Below, in pieces: positions 38,962 to 48,150 of a stretch of 64,000 nucleotides of DNA. Made by a program: the position numbers and the translations under genes. Source of the DNA: an uncultured Chloroflexia bacterium (GTDB lineage: Bacteria; Chloroflexota; Limnocylindria; Limnocylindrales; CSP1-4). Each line of letters opens with the position of its first letter. The first letter of the stretch is position 1. The stretch is from contig CAWBMD010000002.1 in NCBI GenBank assembly GCA_963789865.1, positions 2,543 to 66,542 of the forward strand. The letters run 5' to 3'. Below the pieces are notes generated by a model that saw only the letters and a list, made by a program, of their open reading frames with translations, did not search any database and was not told the origin of the DNA.

Positions 38962-40273
38962 GTCGCCGGTGTCAGGCCACGCCGGCCCCCAGCTCGTCCG
39001 CGACCCAGGCGGCCAGCACCCGGGCGCAGGCCTCGACCTCGGCCAGCGGCACGCGCTCGTCCGCGCCGTGGGCCAGCCGCACGTCGCCCGGGCCCGAAGA
39101 TCACGCACGGCGTGTCGCCCACGATTGATGAACAGCCGCATGTCCGCGCCGTACGGGACGCCGCAGCGCCTTCGGCCGCGCGGCCGGTGACGGCCTTGGC
39201 GGTGGCGATCAGCCCGACGGGCAGCGCGATGGTCCGCGGGGACGCGCGCGGAGGCGAACCGGGCGCCCGGTGATCTCGACCGTCGCCGGCTGGAACGCGC
39301 AGGAACAGGTCCCTGGCGCAGGCGGCGGCGATGCACGCCCGCAGCTCGTCGGCCGCCGCCTCCGGGGTCCTGGCCCAGCCGCACGCCGTAGCGCCCCTCG
39401 GCGACGACGCGGTCCATCACGGTCGACGCCCACTCTCCGCCCGCGACCTTGCCGACGATCGTCGGGTACGGCAGCCCGAGCGCCGTCATCAGCGGGCTCC
39501 GTCTCGGCGGCGTTGCGCCGCGTCTCGTCGGCCTCCAGCGCGCGCACCAGCGTCTGCAGGTTGTCGAGCGCGGACACGCCCTCGGTCCGGCGGCTGGCGT
39601 GCGCGGCCCTGCCCGGGACCGTGAGCCGGAACGTGATGGCGCCCGCATGGGCGATGACGACGTCCAGCGACGACGGCTCCGGGATGACGCACAGGTCCCC
39701 GGTGACGCCCGCGCGGATCGCGGCGAGGGTCCCCTGCCCGCCGTCCTCCTCGCTCGGGACGAGGGCCACGATCAGCTCGCCCTGGAGCGTGCTCGAGCGC
39801 GCCGCGTGACGCCGCAGCGCCCGGACGGCGCCGAGGATCGCCGCGACGCCGCCCTTCATGTCGCAGGCGCCGCGCCCGTACAGTCGCCCGTCCCGGATCT
39901 CGCCGGAGAACGCGTCGCCGGTCCAGGTCGCCGGGTCGCCGGCCGGCACCACGTCCACGTGGCCCGACAGCACGAGCCGGAAGCTCCCCGGCCGGCCCGC
40001 CCGCCCGATGACCACGGGCAGGGTCGCCCGCGGCACCTCCTCGCCGGGCCAGTCCGGGTCCTCGCGGATCGCGGCGGGATCGGGGTGGAAGATCTCGACC
40101 GTCATGCCGAGCGCCTCGAGCCGGTCCGCGAGGCTGCCCCTGGATCGCGACCTCGTCCCCGGTGACGGAGGGCATCCGGACGAGGGCCGCGAGGTCGGCG
40201 GCCAGCGAGGTCCGGGTCGACGGCTGCGGCCGCGGCGCGGGCGACGGTGCTGAGGCGCCGCGAGCGCGGTCAT
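38962..40273 (-). CDS. M20-family metallopeptidase / ArgE-DapE-type deacylase, about 5 frameshifts
   Basis: ATG 40273 overlaps the upstream stop (ATGA). Sequence: LVRMPSVTGDE; FRLVLSGHVDVVPAGDPATWTGDAFSGEIRDGRLYGRGACDMKGG; LIVALVPSEEDGGQG; VVIAHAGAITFRLTVPGRAAHAS; PYPTIVGKVAGGEWASTVMDRV; PCVIFGPG...LAHGADERVPLAEVEACARVLAAWV. The stop is at 38962-38964. Confidence 0.8.
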
Positions 40274-41144
40274 GCGCGGAGCACCGGGCGCGTCAGGCAG
40301 GTGACCCCGCCCGAGCCGTTCTCGCCCACCTCGCGGAGCGGGATCGCGTGGACCTCGCAGCCCGCGGCCTCCAGGCGCCGGCGCGTGACGTCGTTGCCCT
40401 CCGCCGTGACCACCACGCCCGGGACGCACCGCGAGCACGTTGCAGCCGAGCGTCGGGTACTCCTCCTCGGGCACCTCGACCAGGCGGATGCCGAGGTCCG
40501 CGAGCAGCTCGTACAGGCCCGACGGGGAGCAGCGGCAGGAACACGACCGCCAGGTCGTCCGCCACGGGCGAGATCACCGACAGCAGGTGGACCAGCTCCG
40601 CCGGCGCCCTTCCAGTACGGGACGTCGAAGATCCGCGCGTCGCCGCCGGCGATCGCCGCCAGCTGGCGCGCGCCGGCGTCGTTCGTGCGCAGCGTCCGGC
40701 CGATGCACAGCAGGTCCGGGCCGCAGCCAGAACGTGTCGCCGCCCTCGAGCGTGCCCGGCGCCTCGATCCGCCCCAGCGTCGGGATGCCGCGGGCGCGCG
40801 TCCAGGCCTCGAGCACCGCGGGCTCGCCCGCGCGGTTGGGCTTGCCGGGGCGGAGCGGGATCGCGCCGCCGTCCGCGATGAGCATCGGGTCGAAGACGTA
40901 GACGAGGTCGGGGTCGTCGGTCTCGGCGTCCAGGACGTGGACCGTCGGCGCCGAGGCGCGTCAGCGTCTCGACGAGGCCGTCGTGCTCGCGGCGGGCGGC
41001 GTCGAGGTCCACCGGGCGGAGGAAGCCGACGGCGGGGTCGTCGAAGGCCCGCGCGAAGGCAGCGCCGGGCGCCTTCACGAGGACCTCGCGGAGCGGCGCC
41101 GTCATGCTCTGGGCGCCCCAGGCGCGGTCGGTCGTCAAGGTCAT
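40270..41144 (-). CDS. Amidinotransferase-superfamily enzyme (DDAH / arginine deiminase-like), about 5 frameshifts
   Basis: ATG 41144 gives MTLTTDRAWGAQSMTAPLREVLVKAPG. Then DPDLVYVFDPMLIADGGAIPLRPGKPNRAGEP, GTLEGGDTFWL, LLCIGRTLRTNDAGARQLA, LVHLLSVISPVADDLAVV, YPTLGCNVLAVRPGVVV, and GSGGVTCLTRPVLRA, which carries the catalytic Cys motif at the C-terminus. Confidence 0.75.
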
Positions 41145-41465
41145 GGGCGGAGGATACGGCGGTGACCGGCGACGGCGGGACCGTTCGGGGCCAGGTCCGA
41201 GCTGCGGTCCAGCGTGGTCCAGCGCTGCCGTATGCGTACCAGGGGTAGCGATCCCGAGATCCGGTGCCGGCGCCGGCCCGACGGCCCGCCCATGCGCAGC
41301 ACGCACCCGCAGAGCGCAGGAGCTCCGTTCGCCGATACGGAGGACGATCCCCGGCGGTCCCCGCCAAGCGTGGTACGCATCGGGTTCGGCCCGAGGAACC
41401 GAGGTCGACAGGACGGCGGTCCGCGTGCACTATTCGCGCCTACCTCCCGCGTCCAGAGGCAGCCG

Positions 41466-42713
41466 ATGACCCCGGCGATCCCGCCCTCCACCGCCATCCG
41501 ATCGGCGGCTCGTCGCCATGCGATCTGCACTGCGATGCCATCAGCCGCGGCGGCGTCGGTCGTGAGCGCCCCGCTCACGGGCGCCAGCCCGACTCCGGCC
41601 GCGCCGACCTCGTCCACGGTCAAGCTCACGGTCGTGACGAGCGCGGTCTCGCAGCCGGTGCTCGTCACGAGCCCGCGCGACGGCACGAATCGCCTGTTCA
41701 TCGTCGAGAAGACGGGCCAGCATCCGGATCGTCAAGGGCGGCTCGCTGCTCGCGCACGCCGTTCCTCGACATCACGCGGCTCCGTCTCGACGGGCGGCGA
41801 GCAGGGCCTCCTGGGCCTCGCGTTCCACCCGGGCTTCAAGACCAACCGCAAGTTCTACGTGGACTACACGGACCGCAGCGGCAACACGGTCGTCCGCGAG
41901 TACCGGGCCTCCTCCACCAACCCCGACCGCGTGGCCGCGGGCTCGGGCCGGACGATCATCACGGATCGCGCCAGCCCTACGCGAACCACAACGGCGGCAT
42001 GATCGCGTTCGGCCGCGACGGCTACCTCTACATCGGCATGGGTGACGGCGGCTCCGGCGGCGACCCCGGCAACCGGGCCCAGAGCACCTCCACGCCTGCT
42101 CGGCAAGATGCTGCGGATCAACGTCAACGGCACGACCGCGACGCGGCACTACCTGCATCCCGTCGACCAACCCGTACGTCGGCAAGGCCGGGCCGCGACG
42201 AGATCTGGCAGCGCGGCCTCCGCAACCCGTGGCGGTTCTCGTTCGACCGCGCGAACGGCAACCTGTGGATCGGCGACGTCGGCCAGAACCGGTACGAGGA
42301 GGTCGATCGGGCCGTCCGCACGACCACCGGCCCGGGCCGCGGCGTCAACTGGGGCTGGCGCGTGATGGAGGGGTTCCACTGCTACAAGCCCGCCATCGGG
42401 CTGCACCACGACCGGCAAGACGAAGCCGCTGCTCGAGTACTCGCACGCCGCCAACGGCCGGTGCGCCGATCACCGGCGGCTACGTCTACCGCGGCACGGC
42501 CATCCCGGCGCTCGCCGGCTGGTACGTCTACGGCGACTACTGCAGCGGCGAGGTCTGGGCGGTCCCGAGCACGGCGGCCTCGCAGGCCGACGCCGGTCCG
42601 GCTCCTCGGCACGGGCTCGGGGCGCCTCGATCTCCGGCTTCGGCCAGGACGACGCGGGCGAGCTGTACCTGTGCGACCTGAACGGGACCGTCTACCGGAT
42701 CGACGCCCGGTAG
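41466..42713 (+). CDS. PQQ-dependent sugar dehydrogenase (soluble glucose/sorbosone dehydrogenase fold), about 7 frameshifts
   Basis: ATG 41466. Sequence: PVLVTSPRDGTNRLFIVEKTG, GEQGLLGLAFHPGFKTNRKFYVDYTD, QPYANHNGGMIAFGRDGYLYIGMGDGGSGGDPGNRAQ, LLGKMLRINV, IWQRGLRNPWRFSFDRANGNLWIGDVGQNRYEEV, NWGWRVMEG, ITGGYVYRG...YVYGDYCSGEVWA, GELYLCDLNGTVYRI. The stop is at 42711-42713. Confidence 0.8.
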
Positions 42714-44035
42714 GCCTGCGGGCGGCGGGGCGGCGCGGCGGCGCGGGGCCTGCACCGGCGCCTGGGCGGCCGCTCGACGATGTCGCGGAGCTCGGCCAGC
42801 AGCCGGTCCACCTCGGCGGTCGTGTTGTAGTGCGTCAGGCCGATCCGGAGCACGCCCTCCGGCGCCAGGCCCAGCCGCTCGATGACGCCCGGTCGCGTAG
42901 AAGTCGCCCCACCAGGTGGCGATCCCGCGCTCGCCCGAGGGCCGTCGCGACGGCCTCCGGCGTGATGCCCGCGGAACGTCACGGCGGCGGTCGGCGTGCG
43001 CTCCGCGAACCGCGAGCGGTCGGTGATCCCCCAGACCTTCGCGCCCGGGATCGCCTCCAGCCCGTCGAGGAGCCGGCCGAACAGCGGCATCTCGTAGGCG
43101 CGGATCGCCGCCATGCCGGCGTGGGCTTCCAGCCGCCGGCCGGTCATGCCCGGGAACCGGCGCCGCGAACGGCGCCCCGAACCGTCGCCCGACCTCCGCG
43201 ATGTACTCGACCGCCGCCAGCGCCCCGGCGATACCCCTCGAAGTTGCCGGTGCCGGTCTCGAACCGGTCGGACGCCGGGCGCAGCTTGTAGGTCGGGCAG
43301 CGCGTCGAGCACCTCCCGGCGCCCGTACAGCACGCCCACGTGCGGCCCGAAGAACTTGTAGGCCGAGCAGGCGAGGAAGTCGGTGCCGATGGCCTGCACG
43401 TCGATCGGCAGGTGCGGGCGCGGCATGGACGGCGTCCACGTAGGTCAGCGAGCCCGCCTCGTGGGCGCGGCGCACCAGCTCGGCCACGGGGTTGATGGTG
43501 CCCACCGCGTTCGACGCCCAGCCGAACGCGACCAGCTTCGGCCGTCCGTGGAGGAGGGCGTCGAACGCGCTCGATGTCGAGCGTGACGTCGTCCGGGCGG
43601 ATGTCCACGGTGTGGACCGTGACCCCGCGATCCGCGGCGGCGCTGCGCCACGGGCCCACGTTGGCCTCGTGGTCCAGGCCGCTGACGACGATCTCGTCGC
43701 CGGGCGCCATGGTCGCGGTGATCGACCGCGCGACGTGCATCGTCAGCGTCGTCATGTTGGCGCCGAGCTTGATCTCGGAGGCGTCGGCCGCGTTCAGGAG
43801 GTCCGCGAGCGCCTGGTGGGCATCGTGCAACGACCTCGTCGCTGCGGCGCGACGTGAGGAACGCGCCGTCGTGGTTGGCGTTCGACTCGCGGTAGTAGCG
43901 GGCGACGGCCTCGATGACGGTGTCGGGGACCTGCGTGCCGCCGGGGCCGTCGAACAGCGCGACGGGGCGGCCGTCCTGCTCGATGGACAGGGCCGGGAAG
44001 CGGGCGCGCAGCGCCTCGACGTCGAACTCGGGCAT
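42692..44035 (-). CDS. Class V aminotransferase, cysteine-desulfurase-like (VC1184/TIGR01976-like), about 6 frameshifts
   Basis: ATG 44035 gives MPEFDVEALRARFPALSIEQDGRPVALFDGPGGTQVPDTVIEAVARYY. Then GDEIVVSGLDHEANVGPW, LVAFGWASNAVGTINPVAELVRRAHEAGSLTYVDAVH, DFLACSAYKFFGPHVGVLYG (PLP Lys), and VLRIGLTHYNTTAEVDRLL. The nominal stop at 42692 overlaps the convergent dehydrogenase gene by 22 nt. Confidence 0.8.
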
Positions 44036-44190
44036 GGGATCCTCGTTGCGGGTCGGACCCGATGCTAACGCGAGCAGGTCGGCGGATACCACTCATGCCG
44101 CGGGTGCGTGCGAGGCGACGGCGCGGACCGCGCCCGGAACCCTCCGCTCCACGCATCACCGTAGACGGTTCTCATTCCCGTCTCATTGCC

Positions 44191-44220
44191 TTGTCAACTA
44201 CTTTCCCGTTGAGGTAGGAT
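44191..44220 (+). promoter_or_regulatory. Candidate sigma-70-type promoter giving a leaderless MarR transcript
   Basis: TTGTCA (44191-44196), an 18-nt spacer, then TAGGAT (44215-44220). The ATG at 44227 lies 6 nt after the -10 with no SD. Just upstream is the direct repeat tctcattcccg / tctcattgcc, and the spacer contains the inverted repeat TCAAC...GTTGA. Confidence 0.4.
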
Positions 44221-44226
44221 GGCGCC

Positions 44227-44784
44227 ATGACGTCCGAGCTCGTCGCTCGCGGCCGCGGCGCCACCAGCGTCGCAGTCGCGACCTCCTCCGCCGCCACGAG
44301 TGCCGACGACGCCCGGCTCGGAGCCTGGCGGACCATGCTCCACGCCCATTCACACCTCGTGCGACGCATGGACGAGGACCTGAAGGCAGCCCACGGCCTC
44401 TCGCTCGCCGAGTACGACGCACTGATCCAGCTGGCCAATGCCCCAGGCCGCCGGCTCCGGATGAGCGTCCTCGCGGAACGGGTCCTGCTCTCGCGCAGCG
44501 GCATCACGCGCCTCGTGGACCGCCTCGTGGCGGACGGCAACGTTGAGCGCTCCGTCTGTCCGACCGACGCCCGCGGGGCGGAGGCGGCGCTGACGCCGGC
44601 CGGGTTGGATCGCCTTCGCGAGGCGTCGAGCACCCACCTGGACGGTGTCGCACGCTACTTCCTGGACATCGTGACCCCGGCTGACCGGGCCGCGATCGAG
44701 CGCGGCCTCGGGGCAGTGGTGGACAGGCTCGAGGCGGGCGGGCATTCGGACGGCACGGCCTGCTCGACCCCGGGCGAGGCCTGA
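44227..44784 (+). CDS. MarR-family transcriptional regulator
   Basis: Intact 185-aa ORF: LSLAEYDALIQLANAPGRRLRMSVLAERVLLSRSGITRLVDRLVADGNVERSVCPTDARGAEAALTPAG (winged helix-turn-helix). Confidence 0.85.
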   Translation: MTSELVARGRGATSVAVATSSAATSADDARLGAWRTMLHAHSHLVRRMDEDLKAAHGLSLAEYDALIQLANAPGRRLRMSVLAERVLLSRSGITRLVDRLVADGNVERSVCPTDARGAEAALTPAGLDRLREASSTHLDGVARYFLDIVTPADRAAIERGLGAVVDRLEAGGHSDGTACSTPGEA

Positions 44785-44813
44785 CGATCGACGCCCCGCG
44801 TCGGCGCGGGCAG

Positions 44814-45533
44814 GTGCTGGCGGGCACGAGCGGCTTCGCCTATGCGGGCTGGGCGCCGAGGTTCTACCCCGTCGGACTGCGCGATCGCGAGCGGCTCCCC
44901 CACTATGCGGCGCGGCTGCCCGCATGCGAGCTGAACAACACCTTCTACGCGCGGCCAACCGTCGAGCGCATCCGGGCGTGGTGCGACGCCGTCCCCGCGT
45001 CGTTCAGGTTCGTGGTCAAGGCGCAGCGCGGCGCCAGCATCCGGGCGCTGTACGGCGATCCGGTCGAGTCCGTGCCGTGGCTCACGGAGGCGTTGCCCGA
45101 GTTCGGGGACCGCCTCGGAGCGGTGCTGTTCCGCATCGCGGGCGAGGCTGCCCGCAACGACGAGCGTCTCGCGGCGCTGCTGGGGGCCTGGCCTCGGGCG
45201 ATCCCGCTGGTGATCGAGGCGCAGCACCCGACGTGGCACGTGGACGAGACCTTCGCCGCGCTCCGCGCCGCGGACGCCGTCCTGTGTACCACCGACCTCG
45301 ACGACCAGGACGAGACACCGGACATCCGGCGGACGGGACCGTTCCTGTACCTGCGCCTGAGGCGGACGGCCTACGACGAGGCGGCGCTCGACGCGTGGGC
45401 GCATCGCCTGGTCCCGTTCCTGGACGACGGCATGAGCGCCTACGTGCTGTTCCGCCACGATGAGGACGGGACGAGCGCCCTCCATGCAGAGGCGTTCGCC
45501 GCCCGCGTCGAACGCGCCCGCGTCGCCGGCTGA
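44814..45533 (+). CDS. DUF72-family protein
   Basis: Intact 239-aa ORF: GTSGFAYAGWAPRFYP...LPHYAARLPACELNNTFYARP...FRFVVKAQRG...GPFLYLRLRR...YVLFRHDEDG, the typical DUF72 signature order. Confidence 0.85.
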   Translation: MLAGTSGFAYAGWAPRFYPVGLRDRERLPHYAARLPACELNNTFYARPTVERIRAWCDAVPASFRFVVKAQRGASIRALYGDPVESVPWLTEALPEFGDRLGAVLFRIAGEAARNDERLAALLGAWPRAIPLVIEAQHPTWHVDETFAALRAADAVLCTTDLDDQDETPDIRRTGPFLYLRLRRTAYDEAALDAWAHRLVPFLDDGMSAYVLFRHDEDGTSALHAEAFAARVERARVAG

Positions 45534-45535
45534 CG

Positions 45536-46836
45536 ATGCTCGGGCACTCCGCGGTCAGGCGAGTCGCGCTGGTTGCGCTGGTCGCGATCGCGGGTGCCTG
45601 CGCGGGCCCGGGTCCCATCACCGCACCTCCGTCTGGCGTATCCGCGCCCGCCTCGCCGGCCGGCGGCAGCTCGTCCGCGACGCCCGCGACGCCCGCGATC
45701 CCAACGAGCGTCGCAGCGAGCATCGGCGCGTCGGACCGCCTCGACCTTGCGGCCGTCACGGCCGGCCTGGAGACCGCGGCCTCTGGCCTCGACGCGCCGT
45801 TGTGGGTCACCTCCGCGCATGACGGCTCGGGCCGACTCTTCGTTGCCGAGCAGGGTGGTCGCGTTCGCGTCCTCCGTGACGGCTCGCTCCTCCCGGCGCC
45901 ATACCTGGACCTGGCCGATCGCGTCACCGCCGGAGGCGAGCGGGGCCTGCTCGGCCTCGCGTTCGCGCCCGGGTTCGGAACCGGTGGCGAGAACCGTCTC
46001 TACGTCCACTACTCCGGCCTTTCGGGCGCGACGACCATGGCCGAGCTGCGTGCAGCTCCCCCGGTGCGGACACCGTTGACGCCGCCTCGGAGCGGATCCT
46101 CCTCGTCGAGCCCCAGCCGTACCCCAACCACAACGGCGGCTGGATCGGGTTCGACCCCACCGGCATGCTGCTCGTCGGGCTCGGTGACGGGGGCAGCGGC
46201 GGCGACCCCGAGAACCGCGCATCGCGTTTGGACACGATCCTGGGCAAGATCATCCGCCTTGACGTGCTCGGCGGGCCGTCCGGCGCGCTCGAGTACGGGA
46301 TCCCGGCCGACAACCCGTTCGTCGCGCAGTCCGGTGCCCGTCCCGAGATCCTCCACTACGGCCTGCGCAACCCGTACCGGGCGAGCGTGGATCCAGCCAC
46401 GGGCACGCTGTGGATCGGCGACGTCGGACAGAACCTGTGGGAGGAGGTCGACGCCGCGCCTGCGACCGCCCGGGGCCTCGACTTCGGCTGGCGGCGCTGG
46501 GAGGGTCGTCACTGCTACGAGCCGGCCACGGGCTGCGACCCGGCCGGCGTGACGATGCCGGTGGCAGAGTACGGGCATGGAGCCGGCTGCAGCATCATCG
46601 GTGGGGTGGTCTACCGCGGCAGCGCGATCCCCGCCTTGCGCGGCGCCTACCTGTTCTCGGATTACTGCAGCGGAACCCTGTGGGCCATCGATGCAGGCAT
46701 CGCTGGTCCACAAGCGCCGGTGACCCTGCTGGAGACCGGCCGCTCGATCAGCTCGATCGGAACGGACGAGGCCGGCGAGGTGTACCTGACGGACCTCGCC
46801 CACGGCGACCTGCTCAAGCTGGTCCCCAAGGGCTGA
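45536..46836 (+). CDS. PQQ-dependent sugar dehydrogenase, second copy, lipoprotein-type signal, about 2 frameshifts near 46050-46100
   Basis: ATG 45536 gives MLGHSAVRRVALVALVAIAGACAG. Then PLWVTSAHDGSGRLFVAEQGGRVRVL, GERGLLGLAFAPGF (ORF 45536-46552). Then QPYPNHNGGWIGFDPTGMLLVGLGDGGSGGDPENRA, ILGKIIRLDV, ILHYGLRNPYRASVDPATGTLWIGDVGQNLWEEV, DFGWRRWEG, IIGGVVYRG...YLFSDYCSGTLWA (ORF 46165-46836). Confidence 0.8.
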
Positions 46837-46853
46837 GCGGGCAAGGCCCCGAC

Positions 46854-47768
46854 TCAGGGCACGACGCTGGTGTCGGGCGCCGCGACCGCCCTGTGGGGCC
46901 TCGGCGCAAGGGGCCGCAGGAACAGCGTGAGCACGACAGCCACGTACCCTCCCCACACGAGAAGCGTGGTGATCTCGGGTTGTGAGTTGTAGCCCAACAG
47001 GGCGTGGAGGAACTGGCCCACGACCAGGGCGACCCCGTCGGGTGCGCCGGCGATCTGCTCGTGCGGCAGGATGGCCGAGATGTCGAACGCGGTCCCTGTC
47101 CCCGCCGTGATCCAGCCGATCTCGATGAACTCGTGGATCGCGCTGGAGAGGAGGCCGGCCGCGATGAAGATCAGGGCGATGCCGGTCCAGCGGAAGAAGG
47201 TCCGGAGGTTGATCACGCGTGCCCCGCGGTAAAACCCGGCGCCGAGGAGCACGGCGATGGCAAGTCCGACGAGGGCGCCCAGCATGACGCTCGTCGCCCC
47301 ACCCCGGGACGACGTGGCCAGGCCCACGAGGAACAGGGACGTCTCGAGTCCCTCGCGGATGACCGCGGTGAACGCGAGGATCGCGAGGCCGAAGACCGTG
47401 CCCTCCGTGAGAGCCCGGTCGACCGCGGCCTGGAGCTCGCCACGGACGCTGGCGGACTGCCGGCGCATCCAGAACAGCATCCAGGTGACCACCGACGCCG
47501 CGAGGAGCATCGCGAGGCCCTCGAAGATCTGTTCCCACGGGGACTGGAGCTCGCCCACGGTCACGAAGAGGGTGACGCCGGCGACCAGGCTCACGACGAC
47601 GGCCGCGCCCGTCCCCACCCAGATCCGGCCGAAAGACCGGCGGTTCCCGGTGCGGGCCAGGTATGCCAGCAGGATGCTGATGATGAGCGCCGCCTCGACC
47701 CCTTCGCGCAGGCCGGTCAGCATCCCGCTGGTGAACGATCCCAGGTCCACGTGTTGCTCCTGTGGCAC
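46854..47768 (-). CDS. efeU: FTR1/EfeU-family high-affinity iron permease
   Basis: Intact 304-aa ORF with 7 hydrophobic segments and two REGxE motifs (GLREGVEAAL and VIREGLETSL). Confidence 0.85.
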   Translation of the reverse strand: MPQEQHVDLGSFTSGMLTGLREGVEAALIISILLAYLARTGNRRSFGRIWVGTGAAVVVSLVAGVTLFVTVGELQSPWEQIFEGLAMLLAASVVTWMLFWMRRQSASVRGELQAAVDRALTEGTVFGLAILAFTAVIREGLETSLFLVGLATSSRGGATSVMLGALVGLAIAVLLGAGFYRGARVINLRTFFRWTGIALIFIAAGLLSSAIHEFIEIGWITAGTGTAFDISAILPHEQIAGAPDGVALVVGQFLHALLGYNSQPEITTLLVWGGYVAVVLTLFLRPLAPRPHRAVAAPDTSVVP

Positions 47769-48043
47769 GCCGGTTGCAGGACGAGGGGACGCCCGGCTCG
47801 GTGGAGCGCGATCGACCGATCGTAATTTGCCGTCCGACGAACGTCAAGCGTGCTTGATACGCGAACGCAGGCGTCCCTGCGCACAGGTCTCGGGTCTCGG
47901 GTGGTGTCCGGTGGCGAATGCAATACGCATGCAACACCTGGAGACCGGTTCAGGCATGGGATCGCGAGGGTCACCCGCCTAGACTTGCGACCTGGCGCGT
48001 ACGCCACGCCGGGTCCCGCCTGTGACGGGGCGGTCCCGGTCCA

Positions 48044-48088
48044 ATGCGCCGCACGGCCCGGTCCCCTCCCGGCACGTGCGGCGCATTT
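48044..48088 (-). terminator. Perfect 13-bp inverted repeat downstream of aceE (possible U-tract-less terminator or protein site)
   Basis: aatgcgccgcacg (48044-48056) and cgtgcggcgcatt (48076-48088) flank a 19-nt loop, 63 nt after the aceE stop (48151) and upstream of the efeU promoter region. There is no U-tract. Confidence 0.35.
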
Positions 48089-48150
48089 CGCGTTGCACCC
48101 GGGAGGCAGTGGCCGCGGAGCCAGATTCGCGGCAGCCGGCGGTCGCGGTG

